Source of the DNA: an uncultured virus (IMG/VR IMGVR_UViG_3300009647_000160)
Lineage: Duplodnaviria; Heunggongvirae; Uroviricota; Caudoviricetes
DNA: 64,000 nt
Strand: one strand, 5' to 3'
IMG/VR virus record: IMGVR_UViG_3300009647_000160
Positions 18,721-28,632 of this stretch are shown one piece after another (the first letter of the stretch is position 1; the number at the start of each line of letters is the position of its first letter). A program made the position numbers and the translations under genes. The notes beneath the pieces are model-generated. The model searched no databases and had not been told where the DNA came from. It worked only from the letters and a program-made list of their open reading frames with translations.

Positions 18721-18724
18721 TCTT

Positions 18725-19234
18725 ATGGCAAAGTACGACAATCAGAATCATCCCTTTATCTACGACCGCACCACCGGTGAGAAGATTCCGGTCAGCAAGG
18801 AAGTCCGCGACGCCTACTACGGCGAGGCAGCCCGCATCCGGATGAAGGAGCAGGCTCATGGACGCTGCGTCTGCCCTCAGAGCAAGGTCTGGGCCTGTGA
18901 CGGCGACTGCCTCATTTGCGAGTACCGTCGTTCCGGCGACCTGGCTTCTCTGGACGTTCCCGTCGGTGAAGACGGTGAGGACACCCTGATGGACATGCTT
19001 CCGTCTGAGGCTCCGGCCATCGAGAGCATTATTGCAGACCGCGACCTGCTTGACCGCCTCTTCGCCCGTCTCCGGGAGCTTGACCCCGATGCGGACACCA
19101 TCATCGCCATGTGGATGGACGACGGCAACGTCTCCGACCGCGCCATTGCCAAGGCCCTCGGTCGGCCCCAGCGCACCTTCGCCGACCAGATGAAGAAGTA
19201 TCGGACGGAGCTCCGGCGCATCCGGGGCTACTAA
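18725..19234 (+). CDS. Sigma-70 region-4-like phage transcription regulator
   Basis: Cys cluster CVC...CDGDCLICEY, ASLD motif, C-terminal HTH SDRAIAKALGRPQRT. Confidence 0.7.
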   Translation: MAKYDNQNHPFIYDRTTGEKIPVSKEVRDAYYGEAARIRMKEQAHGRCVCPQSKVWACDGDCLICEYRRSGDLASLDVPVGEDGEDTLMDMLPSEAPAIESIIADRDLLDRLFARLRELDPDADTIIAMWMDDGNVSDRAIAKALGRPQRTFADQMKKYRTELRRIRGY

Positions 19235-19248
19235 TTCCCAGCACTTCC

Positions 19249-19301
19249 GGCCCTCTGACCATCGGTTCTCCCGGTGGCCGGAGGGCCTTTTTTTGTTTTT
19301 T
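19249..19301 (+). terminator. Intrinsic terminator
   Basis: GGCCCTCTGACC...GGCCGGAGGGCC stem followed by T-runs. Confidence 0.7.
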
Positions 19302-19310
19302 GAAAAATCC

Positions 19311-19343
19311 TCCGCTCAAAACAGCTCCTCACCTTCAGTGGGA
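19311..19343 (+). promoter_or_regulatory. Bipartite motif A, copy 1 (TCCGCTCAAA-N9-CACCTTCAGTGGGA)
   Basis: Identical boxes and spacing at 23775-23807 and 53019-53051. Confidence 0.7.
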
Positions 19344-19388
19344 GGTGGAAGGCAACAAACGACACCAGCCTTCAGGGAGGTGAAGACC

Positions 19389-19598
19389 GTGTACGACAAC
19401 AATTACAGGAACAGCAGCCTCGCAGCCGAGGAGATTCAGGTACTGAAAGCTATCTCCCGCGTCTCCGCACGTCTGGCGCAAAAGCTCGCTGCCCTCGACA
19501 ACCAGAGGCAAACCAAGGAAGGAGGAAATCACAATGTCAAAGCTGGCGGATATGGCTATGGCCATCCAAGAATTGCACGATGCTGCTGCCGCTATTGA
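19389..19598 (+). CDS. Small hypothetical protein
   Basis: GTG after GGAGGTG; paralogous to 59256-59483 (EEIQVLKAISRVSARLAQKL vs EELVEVLTAISVVSMRLARKL). Confidence 0.6.
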   Translation: MYDNNYRNSSLAAEEIQVLKAISRVSARLAQKLAALDNQRQTKEGGNHNVKAGGYGYGHPRIARCCCRY

Positions 19599-19833
19599 TG
19601 ATGTAGCCAACTGGTTGACTCGTCAGTTCAGCAGCCCCGCGCCCAAGGAGCCGGAGCCCACGCCCACGTTGGAGCAGGTACGGGCGGTGTTGGCGGAGAA
19701 ATCCCGCGCCGGTCACACGGCGGCAATCCGGGAGCTCCTCCGGAAGTATGGGGCCGAAAAGCTCTCGCTGGTCGACCCACAGCACTATGAGGCCCTGCTC
19801 AAGGATGTGGAGGGACTTGCCGATGCCACCTAA
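19534..19833 (+). CDS. Conserved small phage replication-module protein
   Basis: TLEQVRAVLAEKSRAG...KYGAEKLS; paralog at 59407-59718. Confidence 0.75.
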   Translation: MSKLADMAMAIQELHDAAAAIDDVANWLTRQFSSPAPKEPEPTPTLEQVRAVLAEKSRAGHTAAIRELLRKYGAEKLSLVDPQHYEALLKDVEGLADAT

Positions 19834-20962
19834 TGGACATGCGCTTCTCTCGGCATCTGCCTCAGACCGCTGGCTCCACTGCCCGCCATCCGCACGGTTG
19901 TGTGAGCTCTACGAGGACAAGGGCTCCGATTATGCCGCTGAGGGCACAGATGCCCACACGCTCTGTGAGTATAAGCTCCGGAAGGTGCTGGGCATGGAGG
20001 CCGCCGACCCCACAGAGAACCTGACCTGGTTCAATCAGGAAATGGACGAGTGCGCCAATGAATATGTCGCCTACATTCTTGAACTGGTGGAGGCAGCCAA
20101 AGAGACCTGCGCCGACCCGATGGTGCTCGTCGAGCAGCGGGTGGACTTCTCTCGCTGGGTGGAACAGGGCTTCGGCACTTCCGACGCCATCCTTATCGCG
20201 GACGGCACCATGCACGTGATTGATTACAAACATGGGCTTGGGATACTCGTCTCCGCAGTGGAAAATCCTCAGCTGAAATGCTACGGGCTCGGTGCTTTGG
20301 AGCTGTTTGATGGCATTTACGACATCGACAACGTGTGCGTTCACGTCGTACAGCCCAGACGCCAGAACATCAGCACGTTCGAGATTTCCAAGGATGACCT
20401 GTACCGTTGGGCGGACGAGGTTTTGAAGCCCACGGCGGAGCTGGCCTTTGCCGGGGACGGCAACTTTCTCTGCGGTGAGTGGTGCGGATTCTGCAAGGCC
20501 AAGAATGAGTGCCGCGCCCGTGCTGAGGCCAACCTGGAGCTGGCCCGCTACGATTTCAAGCTGCCTCCGCTCCTCACGGACGAGGACATTGAGGACATCC
20601 TGTCCCGCGTGGACGCGCTGGTATCGTGGGCCTCCGACATCAAGGAGTATGCGCTCCAGCAGGCGGTCAGCGGAAAGGAATGGCACGGCTGGAAACTGGT
20701 CGAGGGCCGTTCCAATCGCAGATATACCAACGAGGCTGCCGTTATCCAGACGGTCAGCGATGCGGGTTTTGACCCGTATGAGCGGAAGCTGCTGGGCATC
20801 ACCGCGATGCAAAAGCTGCTCGGCAAGGCCCGCTTTGACGAACTCCTGACAGCCTACATTGAAAAGCCACAGGGAAAACCCACGCTCGTACCGGAAAGCG
20901 ATAAGCGTCCGGCTATGAACACAGCAAAAAATGATTTTATGGAGGAAAACATCGATGAATAA
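19823..20962 (+). CDS. DUF2800 PD-(D/E)xK (Cas4-like) phage nuclease
   Basis: HALLSAS..RWLHCPPS, FGTSD, IDYKHG, WCGFC. Confidence 0.85.
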   Translation: MPPNGHALLSASASDRWLHCPPSARLCELYEDKGSDYAAEGTDAHTLCEYKLRKVLGMEAADPTENLTWFNQEMDECANEYVAYILELVEAAKETCADPMVLVEQRVDFSRWVEQGFGTSDAILIADGTMHVIDYKHGLGILVSAVENPQLKCYGLGALELFDGIYDIDNVCVHVVQPRRQNISTFEISKDDLYRWADEVLKPTAELAFAGDGNFLCGEWCGFCKAKNECRARAEANLELARYDFKLPPLLTDEDIEDILSRVDALVSWASDIKEYALQQAVSGKEWHGWKLVEGRSNRRYTNEAAVIQTVSDAGFDPYERKLLGITAMQKLLGKARFDELLTAYIEKPQGKPTLVPESDKRPAMNTAKNDFMEENIDE

Positions 20963-21527
20963 GAACACCAAATTTACCAATCCCATGAAGGTCATCACCG
21001 GCCCCAACACCCGCTGGTCTTACGCCAACGTCTGGGAGCCCAAGAGCATCAACGGAGGCGCTCCGAAATACTCGGTCAGCCTCATCATCCCGAAGTCCGA
21101 CACCAAGACCGTCTCCAAGATTCAGGCGGCCATCGAAGCGGCCTACCGTGAGGGCGAGGCCAAGCTCAAGGGCAACGGCAAGTCTGTCCCGGCCCTCAGC
21201 GCCATCAAGACCCCGCTGCGCGACGGCGACACCGAGCGTCCGGATGACCCTGCCTATGCCGGTGCCTACTTCGTCAACGCCAACGCCACCAGTGCTCCCG
21301 GTATCGTGGATGCCGACCGCAATCCCATCCTGACCCGCTCTGAGGTCTACTCCGGTGTGTACGGTCGCGCCAGCATCACGTTTTACGCGTTCAACAGCTC
21401 CGGCAATCGCGGCATCGCCTGCGGCCTGAACAATCTGCAGAAGATTCGTGACGGTGAGCCTCTGGGCGGCAAGGCCAGCGCCGAGTCCGACTTCGCCACC
21501 GACGAAGATGACGATTTCCTTGACTGA
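20955..21527 (+). CDS. DUF2815 single-stranded DNA-binding protein
   Basis: RWSYANVWEP, LRDGD, ACGLNNLQK, acidic C-terminus. Confidence 0.85.
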   Translation: MNKNTKFTNPMKVITGPNTRWSYANVWEPKSINGGAPKYSVSLIIPKSDTKTVSKIQAAIEAAYREGEAKLKGNGKSVPALSAIKTPLRDGDTERPDDPAYAGAYFVNANATSAPGIVDADRNPILTRSEVYSGVYGRASITFYAFNSSGNRGIACGLNNLQKIRDGEPLGGKASAESDFATDEDDDFLD

Positions 21528-21541
21528 TGGAGGTGACCACG

Positions 21542-21760
21542 ATGAACGCTACGACCATTCTCTGCATTCTTCTGCTCTCCCTCTATCTGCTCTTGGCAGT
21601 GTTCTGGATTGTCCGGTCTATCATCGACACCATCGATGACCGCAAGCGTGAAAAGCGCAACGCAGCGTGGGAGGCCGAACGCCAGCAGCTTGAGAAGGAG
21701 CGTGCCCTGCGCGAGGTGGAATATCACGAGGCTCGTATGAAGGAGCTCGACAAATCGTAA
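21542..21760 (+). CDS. Small membrane-anchored hypothetical protein
   Basis: Hydrophobic N-terminus and charged coiled tail. Confidence 0.6.
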   Translation: MNATTILCILLLSLYLLLAVFWIVRSIIDTIDDRKREKRNAAWEAERQQLEKERALREVEYHEARMKELDKS

Positions 21761-21827
21761 TCCTCATCCAGCGGGTGGTGGGAGCAATCCCGCCACCCAT
21801 ATTCCACTGCTCCGAAAGGATGTGCCT

Positions 21828-23768
21828 ATGAAAACACTCAGCATCGATATTGAGACCTACAGCGACATCCCGCTCCAGAAGACCGGAGTTTATCGTTACT
21901 GTGAGTCTCCCAATTTTGAAATCCTGCTCTTCGGCTACAGCATCGACTCCGGGCCGGTGCAGGTGGTCGACCTTGCCTGTGGGGAGCATATCCCGAAGGA
22001 AGTGCTGGCTGCGCTGGAGGACGATTCCGTCATCAAGTGGGCCTTCAATGCAGCCTTCGAGCGGGTATGCCTCTCCCGGTATCTCGGTTATCCCACCGGC
22101 GAATATCTTGACCCGGAGAGCTGGCATTGCTCTATGGTCTGGGCGGCTATGATGGGCCTGCCGCTTTCCTTGGAGGGTGTCGGTGCCGTTCTCGGTCTGG
22201 AGAAGCAGAAGCTCACCGAGGGCAAGGAGCTCATCAAATACTTCTGCCAGCCCTGTCTGCCCACCAAGGCAAATGGCCAGCGCACCCGAAACCGGCCCTT
22301 CCATGCGCCGGACAAGTGGGAGCTGTTCAAACGCTATAATGCCCGTGACGTAGAGGCCGAGATGGGCATCCAGCAGAAGCTCTCCAAGTTCCCGGTGCCG
22401 CCACAGGTCTGGGAGGAATACGACATCGACCAAGAAATCAACGACCGTGGCGTCCGCATCGACATGGAGCTCGTGGAGCAGGCCATCCAGATGGATGCCC
22501 GTTCCCGGCAGGAGCTGACCGACGCCATGAAGCGCATGACGGCATTGGAAAACCCTAACTCCGTCCAGCAGATGAAGCAGTGGCTCTCCGACAACGGTAT
22601 GGAGACCGACAGCCTCGGAAAGAAGGTCGTAGCGGAGCTCCTGAAAACGGCACCGCCGGAGCTGGCGGAGGTGCTCACGCTCCGGCAGCAGCTGGCCAAG
22701 TCCTCCGTCCGGAAATACCAGGCAATGGAGAAAACCGTCTGCAGCGACAATCGTGCCCGTGGGATGTTCATGTTCTATGGGGCAAACCGAACCGGGCGCT
22801 TCTCCGGCAGGAATATTCAATTGCAAAACCTGCCCCAGAACCACCTTCCCGACTTGGCGGAGGCCCGTGCTCTGGTGCGCTCCGGCGATTTCGATGCTGT
22901 GGAGCTGCTGTATGAGGATGTGCCGGACACACTCTCCCAGCTTATCCGAACCGCTTTCATTCCCAGAGACGGTGCCCAATTTCTCGTAGCCGACTTCAGT
23001 GCGATTGAGGCCCGCGTCATCGCGTGGTTTGCCGGGGAGACATGGCGACAGGGGGTGTTCTCCAAGGGTGGAGACATCTACTGTGCCAGCGCATCGCAGA
23101 TGTTCAAGGTGCCTGTGAAGAAACACGGCATCAACGGTCACCTGCGCCAGAAGGGTAAGATTGCGGAATTGGCCCTCGGTTATGGCGGCTCCGTAGGTGC
23201 GCTCAAGGCAATGGGTGCTCTGGAGATGGGGCTGACGGAGGAGGAGCTCCCGCAGCTGGTGGATGCATGGCGGCAGTCTAATCCGAACATCGTGAAATTC
23301 TGGTGGGCTGTGGACAGAGCTGTCATGGAGGCCGTCCGGTACAAGCACACCACCACTGACTATGGCCTGACCTTTTCCTGCCGGAGCGGGATGCTGTTCA
23401 TCACCCTGCCCTCCGGGAGGAAGCTGGCCTATGTGAAGCCCAAGGTGGGAACGAACAAGTTCGGCGGTGAATGTATCACCTATGAAGGTATCGGCTCCAC
23501 AAAGAAGTGGGAACGGCTGGATTCCTACGGCCCCAAGTTCGTGGAGAACATCGTGCAGGCGACGGCCCGCGACATTCTCTGCTACGCCATGCGAACGCTC
23601 CGGTGCTGCTCCATCGTGATGCATATCCACGATGAGCTGGTCATCGAGGCCGACCCACACATGTCCTTGGATGCTGTCTGTGAGCAGATGGGTCGGACAC
23701 CACCGTGGGCAAAGGGCCTGCTGCTCCGTGCAGACGGCTACGCCACCCCGTTTTACAAAAAAGATTGA
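21828..23768 (+). CDS. Phage family A DNA polymerase (intein-free allele)
   Basis: IDIET exonuclease motif, RTGRFSG..QLQNLP, ADFSAIEAR, KIAELALGYG, HIHDE. Confidence 0.92.
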   Translation: MKTLSIDIETYSDIPLQKTGVYRYCESPNFEILLFGYSIDSGPVQVVDLACGEHIPKEVLAALEDDSVIKWAFNAAFERVCLSRYLGYPTGEYLDPESWHCSMVWAAMMGLPLSLEGVGAVLGLEKQKLTEGKELIKYFCQPCLPTKANGQRTRNRPFHAPDKWELFKRYNARDVEAEMGIQQKLSKFPVPPQVWEEYDIDQEINDRGVRIDMELVEQAIQMDARSRQELTDAMKRMTALENPNSVQQMKQWLSDNGMETDSLGKKVVAELLKTAPPELAEVLTLRQQLAKSSVRKYQAMEKTVCSDNRARGMFMFYGANRTGRFSGRNIQLQNLPQNHLPDLAEARALVRSGDFDAVELLYEDVPDTLSQLIRTAFIPRDGAQFLVADFSAIEARVIAWFAGETWRQGVFSKGGDIYCASASQMFKVPVKKHGINGHLRQKGKIAELALGYGGSVGALKAMGALEMGLTEEELPQLVDAWRQSNPNIVKFWWAVDRAVMEAVRYKHTTTDYGLTFSCRSGMLFITLPSGRKLAYVKPKVGTNKFGGECITYEGIGSTKKWERLDSYGPKFVENIVQATARDILCYAMRTLRCCSIVMHIHDELVIEADPHMSLDAVCEQMGRTPPWAKGLLLRADGYATPFYKKD

Positions 23769-23774
23769 TAATCA

Positions 23775-23807
23775 TCCGCTCAAATCGGGCGTTCACCTTC
23801 AGTGGGA
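23775..23807 (+). promoter_or_regulatory. Bipartite motif A, copy 2
   Basis: TCCGCTCAAA-tcgggcgtt-CACCTTCAGTGGGA, intergenic, upstream of the primase operon. Confidence 0.7.
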
Positions 23808-23859
23808 AGCAGAGGTGGACGCCTTTTTCTATGTCCGCCCGGAAAGGAGGAATCGCAGC

Positions 23860-24279
23860 ATGAGTGTCGATATGCGTAACAGCGAAGGCTACCTTGACCT
23901 GACGGCATACGAGGCCATCAAGAAAGTCGAACAGGAACAGCGCTCCGGTCGTGCGTTCCGGCCCATCGTCTACATCTGCTCTCCCTACGCTGGGGATATC
24001 GCAGGAAACGTAGATGCCGCCAGACGCTACAGCCGGTTTGCTGTGGACAAGGGCTATATCCCCGTCGCACCACATTTGCTCTTTCCGCAGTTTCTGGACG
24101 ATGCCGACCCGGACGAGCGTGAGCTTGGGATATTCTTTGGCAACGCCATCATGAGCAAGTGCTCTGAGGTGTGGGTGTTCGGCAGCCGAATCTCTGCAGG
24201 TATGCAGGCAGAAATCAGACGCGCCAAGTGGAAGAACTACCGCTTACGCTACTTCACCGAAGATTGTCAGGAGGTTTGA
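23860..24279 (+). CDS. DUF4406/nucleoside deoxyribosyltransferase-like phage protein
   Basis: VYICSPYAG...APHL...ISAGMQAEI. Confidence 0.7.
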   Translation: MSVDMRNSEGYLDLTAYEAIKKVEQEQRSGRAFRPIVYICSPYAGDIAGNVDAARRYSRFAVDKGYIPVAPHLLFPQFLDDADPDERELGIFFGNAIMSKCSEVWVFGSRISAGMQAEIRRAKWKNYRLRYFTEDCQEV

Positions 24280-24283
24280 GACC

Positions 24284-24613
24284 ATGTACGAAATCAAAGA
24301 AAACAGCCGCATCCTGAAGGACGGCACCGAGCTCACGACCTATACCCGCGATGTGGTCAGCGCCAACATCCTTGAAGTCGAGGCTGGCACCACCGGCTAT
24401 CAGGGCGGCGACAGCGGCCACGGCGGTCGCACCTACTTCCGCATCGAGGATGCAGCCAGTACGGATATGGAAGTCCGCAGCTATGTCAACAAGTATGGCT
24501 GCCCCGGCTTTGATGTCGTCCTCGGCGGCGACTGTGAGCTGGAGACTACGATTCGGGCGCTGAAGTTCATCACGAAGGTGCTGGAGGAGGAAGCGGCGGA
24601 GGTGTATGACTGA
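24284..24613 (+). CDS. Hypothetical phage protein
   Basis: ORF with SD; EAGTTGYQGGDSGHG motif. Confidence 0.65.
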   Translation: MYEIKENSRILKDGTELTTYTRDVVSANILEVEAGTTGYQGGDSGHGGRTYFRIEDAASTDMEVRSYVNKYGCPGFDVVLGGDCELETTIRALKFITKVLEEEAAEVYD

Positions 24614-26892
24614 TGTTCACGATTTATAGCGCCGACGTCACCGGCAATCCCGGCAACTGCTCCTATCCGCACAAGCATGTGGTGCTGGACGAAGCCTCTT
24701 TGAAGGCCGCCGTCTGCCACGACTATGTCTGCGCCGAGTACCAGAACAGCTACCGCAACGGCGACAACTTCATCGGGAGCGACTGCCTCCCGGTGGACTG
24801 TGATAACGACCACTCAGAGAACCCGGAAGACTGGATTACCCCGGAGGACGTTCTCCAGCAGTTTCCCGGCGTCACCTTTGCCGTCCACTTCAGCCGCTTC
24901 AATATGCGGGAGAAAAATGGAAAGGCTGCACGGCCCAAGTTCCACGTGCTCTTTCCCATCGACTATGTGACCGACCCGGCGCTCTACAGCGATATGAAGA
25001 AGCTGGTCAATTCCATTTTCCCGTACTTCGACACCAATGCACTCGACGCAGCCCGGTTCTTCTTTGGCACCACCGCAGCAGAGGTCGCCTTGTATCCGGG
25101 CCGGATGAACCTGACCGAGTTTCTGGAGAAGGACGATTTCGATGCCGAGCTGCCAGACGGCGGTTTTGGTCAGAGCACCGTTATCCCGGAGGGCAGCCGA
25201 AACGCCACCATGTCCCGCTTCGCCGGTCGCGTCATCAAAAAGTACGGTGATACCGACGAAGCGTATCAGGCTTTCCTGGACGAGGCCGCCAAGTGTGTGC
25301 CTCCGCTGGAGAACAGTGAACTGAACACCATCTGGCACAGCGCCCAGCGCTTTTTCTCCCGCATCCGGGAGCAGGCCGGGTATGTCCCTCCGGAAGCCTA
25401 TAACGACCCCAACAGCTATAAGCCGGAGGATTATTCGGACGTCGGTCAGGCTGAGGTCATGGCCCGCTACTTTTCCGGGGAACTCCGCTATTCTCCGGCC
25501 ACCCACTTCATCCGTTACAGCGACCACTACTGGCAGGAATCTGAACCCGGCGCACAGGCGGTGGCCCACGAACTGACCCGTCGCCAGATGAAGGAAGCCA
25601 ACCGCGACCTGATGAATGCGCTGGTAAAGATGAAGAACAACGGAGCCCAGACCATTCTGGACGGCACCTCCAAGGCCAAGGCCGAACAGCTCATGAGCGA
25701 TGAGCAGCTGCAGGCGTTTCAGGAATTTCTGCAGGCAAAGGCGTATCAGGCGTTCGTCATCAAGCGCCGGGACTCCAAGTACATCACGTCGGCACTGAAA
25801 GAGTCCCATCCCATGCTGGAGATTTCACCCAGAGACCTGGACGCGGACTGCTTTGCTCTCAATACCCCGGAGGCCACCTACGACCTGCGCAAGGGAATGG
25901 CCGGAGCGCGGGAGCACTCGCCGGAGGATTTCATCACAAAAATCACCTCCGTCACACCCGGCCAGAAGGGGCAGAAAATCTGGCAGGACTGCCTCGACCT
26001 CATTTTCCAGCACAATCAGGAGCTCATCGACTATGTCCAGATGATTTGCGGTCTGGCCGCTATCGGAAAGGTCTATGTGGAGGCCCTCATCATTGCCTAC
26101 GGAGATGGCCGGAACGGAAAGAGCACTTTCTGGAATGCGGTGTCCCGTGTGCTGGGGCTGTACAGCGGCAATATCTCCGCCGACACCCTGACCGTGGGCT
26201 GCCGCAGGAATATCAAGCCTGAGATGGCGGAGGTCAAGGGCAAGCGGCTCCTCATCGCTGCCGAGATGCAGGAAGGTGCCCGTCTGAACGATTCCACGGT
26301 CAAGCAGCTCTGCTCCACGGATGATGTGTTCGCGGAAAAGAAGTACAAAGACCCGTTCTCGTTTAAGCCTTGCCACACGCTGGTGCTGTACACCAACCAT
26401 CTGCCTCGCGTCAGCGCATCCGACGATGGTATCTGGCGCAGGCTCATCGTCATCCCGTTTAATGCCAAGATTACCGGCAAGAGCGACATCAAGAACTATG
26501 GCGAGTACCTCTATGACAATGCCGGGGAGAGCATTCTGGCGTGGGTTATCGAGGGTGCCAAAAAGGTTATCGACCTGGACTACCAGATTCCAGTCCCGGC
26601 CTGCGTGAAAGCGGCAATCGACGAATACCGGAGCCAGAACGACTGGTTTGGGCACTTCATGGAGGACAAGTGCGAGACCGGCGACGGTTTCCGGGAGAGC
26701 TCCTCCTCGCTCTATCAGGCGTATCGGAACTACTGCATCGACACCAACGAGTATGTGCGCAGCACGGCAGACTTCTACTTTGCGATGGAGAGCGCCGGAT
26801 TTGAGCGCGTGACCTTGAACCGGAAACGGTATTTCAAGGGAGTGCGGCTGCGGACGGACATGGACGATGCCGGAGACGATTTTCTGACCTGA
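24613..26892 (+). CDS. Phage P4/D5-family primase-helicase
   Basis: DCDND, PKFHVLFP, PriCT-like EGSRNATM, Walker A GDGRNGKST. Confidence 0.9.
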   Translation: MFTIYSADVTGNPGNCSYPHKHVVLDEASLKAAVCHDYVCAEYQNSYRNGDNFIGSDCLPVDCDNDHSENPEDWITPEDVLQQFPGVTFAVHFSRFNMREKNGKAARPKFHVLFPIDYVTDPALYSDMKKLVNSIFPYFDTNALDAARFFFGTTAAEVALYPGRMNLTEFLEKDDFDAELPDGGFGQSTVIPEGSRNATMSRFAGRVIKKYGDTDEAYQAFLDEAAKCVPPLENSELNTIWHSAQRFFSRIREQAGYVPPEAYNDPNSYKPEDYSDVGQAEVMARYFSGELRYSPATHFIRYSDHYWQESEPGAQAVAHELTRRQMKEANRDLMNALVKMKNNGAQTILDGTSKAKAEQLMSDEQLQAFQEFLQAKAYQAFVIKRRDSKYITSALKESHPMLEISPRDLDADCFALNTPEATYDLRKGMAGAREHSPEDFITKITSVTPGQKGQKIWQDCLDLIFQHNQELIDYVQMICGLAAIGKVYVEALIIAYGDGRNGKSTFWNAVSRVLGLYSGNISADTLTVGCRRNIKPEMAEVKGKRLLIAAEMQEGARLNDSTVKQLCSTDDVFAEKKYKDPFSFKPCHTLVLYTNHLPRVSASDDGIWRRLIVIPFNAKITGKSDIKNYGEYLYDNAGESILAWVIEGAKKVIDLDYQIPVPACVKAAIDEYRSQNDWFGHFMEDKCETGDGFRESSSSLYQAYRNYCIDTNEYVRSTADFYFAMESAGFERVTLNRKRYFKGVRLRTDMDDAGDDFLT

Positions 26893-26904
26893 AGGCCCTA
26901 ATGA

Positions 26905-26994
26905 CAAGGTGTATCAATGTGTTTTACAGACTTTTTCTAAGGGCCATAAAAATCAGAATAAGAAAAAGTCTTGTATTGGCATTGATACACCTTG
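26905..26994. repeat. Long inverted repeat after the primase; candidate replication origin
   Basis: Perfect 15-bp IR CAAGGTGTATCAATG / CATTGATACACCTTG enclosing a second IR GACTTTTTCT / AGAAAAAGTC; AT-rich. Confidence 0.6.
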
Positions 26995-27020
26995 CATGAC
27001 CATAGAAAAAGGAGCGTTAT

Positions 27021-27302
27021 ATGCGAGAAAAGGACATCGAGAAAAAATTATCCCTGATGGTTAAGAAGGCCGGTGGCATCGCTGTAAAGTTCGTGTCTCC
27101 GAGTTTCGACGGGATGCCTGACCGCCTTGTCTTACTACCGGATGGCGTTATTGCCTTTGTAGAACTGAAAGCACCGGGGAAAGCCCCGCGCCCGCTCCAG
27201 TTGGCACGGCACCGCTTGCTGCGGTCTCTGGGCTTCCGGGTGTATGTGATTGACGGCACTGAGCAGATTGGAGGGATGCTGGATGAACTTCGAGCCACAT
27301 GA
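27021..27302 (+). CDS. VRR-NUC domain nuclease
   Basis: GMPDRLVL...FVELKAPG...PLQ. Confidence 0.88.
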   Translation: MREKDIEKKLSLMVKKAGGIAVKFVSPSFDGMPDRLVLLPDGVIAFVELKAPGKAPRPLQLARHRLLRSLGFRVYVIDGTEQIGGMLDELRAT

Positions 27303-28632
27303 CTATCAGGCTTATGCCATCGACTACATCGAAACTCACCCTGTGGCAGCTGTCCTACTCGATATGGGACTTGGCAAGACGGTCATCTCCCTGACGGCCA
27401 TCGCCGACCTTCTGTTTGACAGCTTTGAGGCCCATCGTGTTCTGGTGGTCGCGCCACTCCGTGTGGCCCGCGATACCTGGCCTGCGGAAATCGAAAAATG
27501 GGCGCACCTGCAAGACCTGACCTATACCGTTGCTGTGGGCAGCGCCAGAGAGCGGAAGGCTGCATTGATGGTCAGTACGGACATCACCATCATCAACCGG
27601 GAGAACCTGAGCTGGCTCATCGAGAGCAGCGGCTTCCCGTTTGACTACGATACCGTGGTCATCGATGAACTGTCGTCTTTCAAAAATCACCAGTCCAAGC
27701 GCTTCAAAGCCCTGCTGCGCATCCGGCCCAAGGTCAAGCGTATCATTGGGCTGACCGGCACACCTTCCTCCAATGGCCTCATGGATTTGTGGGCAGAGTT
27801 CCGGCTGCTGGATATGGGCCATCGCCTCGGTCGCTTCATCACGCAGTACCGGAACACCTTCTTCCTCCCGGACAAACGCAACGGGCAAATCATCTATTCC
27901 TACAAGCCTATGCCGGGAGCGGAGGAAGCCATATACAGTCTGATTTCCGACATCACGATTTCCATGAAATCCACCGACCATCTGAAGATGCCGGAGCTGG
28001 TTTCCACCCGCTATGAGGTCTATCTCTCCGATGCGGAGGCCGACCGGTACGAGAAGCTCAAGCAGGCGCTCATCCTTCAGCTCCCGGACGGCGAGGTGAC
28101 TGCTGCTAACGCAGCGGCCCTGACCGGAAAGCTGGCCCAGCTTGCCAACGGTGCCATCTATGCTGACACCGGCGACACGATAGAGTTCCACGACCGGAAG
28201 CTGGACGCTCTGGAGGATATCATCGAATCCGCCAATGGCAAGCCGATTCTGGTGGCCTACTGGTTCCGTCACGACCTGCAGCGTATCAAAAAGCGCTTTG
28301 ATGTCCGGGAACTGAAGTCCAGCAAGGATATCGCAGACTGGAACAGCGGCAAAATCCCGGTGGCCGTCATCCATCCGGCCTCAGCCGGTCACGGGCTCAA
28401 CCTGCAGGCCGGTGGTTCCACTCTCATCTGGTTCGGTCTGACGTGGTCTCTGGAACTCTACCAGCAGACCAATGCCAGACTGTGGCGGCAAGGCCAGAGC
28501 TCCGGAACAGTGGTGATACAGCATATCGTCACCAAGGGCACCATTGACGAGAGAATCCTGAAGGCGCTGGAGGCCAAGGACAGAACACAGGCCGCACTTA
28601 TCGATGCGGTCAAGGTGGCTCTGGAGGTGTGA
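27283..28632 (+). CDS. Phage SNF2-family helicase
   Basis: DMGLGKT, DELS, TGTP, GHGLNLQ, QTNARLWRQG. Confidence 0.88.
   Translation: MNFEPHDYQAYAIDYIETHPVAAVLLDMGLGKTVISLTAIADLLFDSFEAHRVLVVAPLRVARDTWPAEIEKWAHLQDLTYTVAVGSARERKAALMVSTDITIINRENLSWLIESSGFPFDYDTVVIDELSSFKNHQSKRFKALLRIRPKVKRIIGLTGTPSSNGLMDLWAEFRLLDMGHRLGRFITQYRNTFFLPDKRNGQIIYSYKPMPGAEEAIYSLISDITISMKSTDHLKMPELVSTRYEVYLSDAEADRYEKLKQALILQLPDGEVTAANAAALTGKLAQLANGAIYADTGDTIEFHDRKLDALEDIIESANGKPILVAYWFRHDLQRIKKRFDVRELKSSKDIADWNSGKIPVAVIHPASAGHGLNLQAGGSTLIWFGLTWSLELYQQTNARLWRQGQSSGTVVIQHIVTKGTIDERILKALEAKDRTQAALIDAVKVALEV

Noticed and set aside
18540..18845. 101-aa ORF across the structured leader
   Set aside because: No SD, overlaps the sigma-like gene out of frame; the region is better explained as structured RNA
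19823..20962. Cas4-like nuclease as evidence of CRISPR-Cas
   Set aside because: Ordinary phage DUF2800; I saw no repeat-spacer array or other cas genes in the window
26910..26989. TGTATCAA/TTGATACA shared between the post-primase IR and the att arms
   Set aside because: Only 8 bp, with spacing unlike the 50-bp attP; probably coincidence
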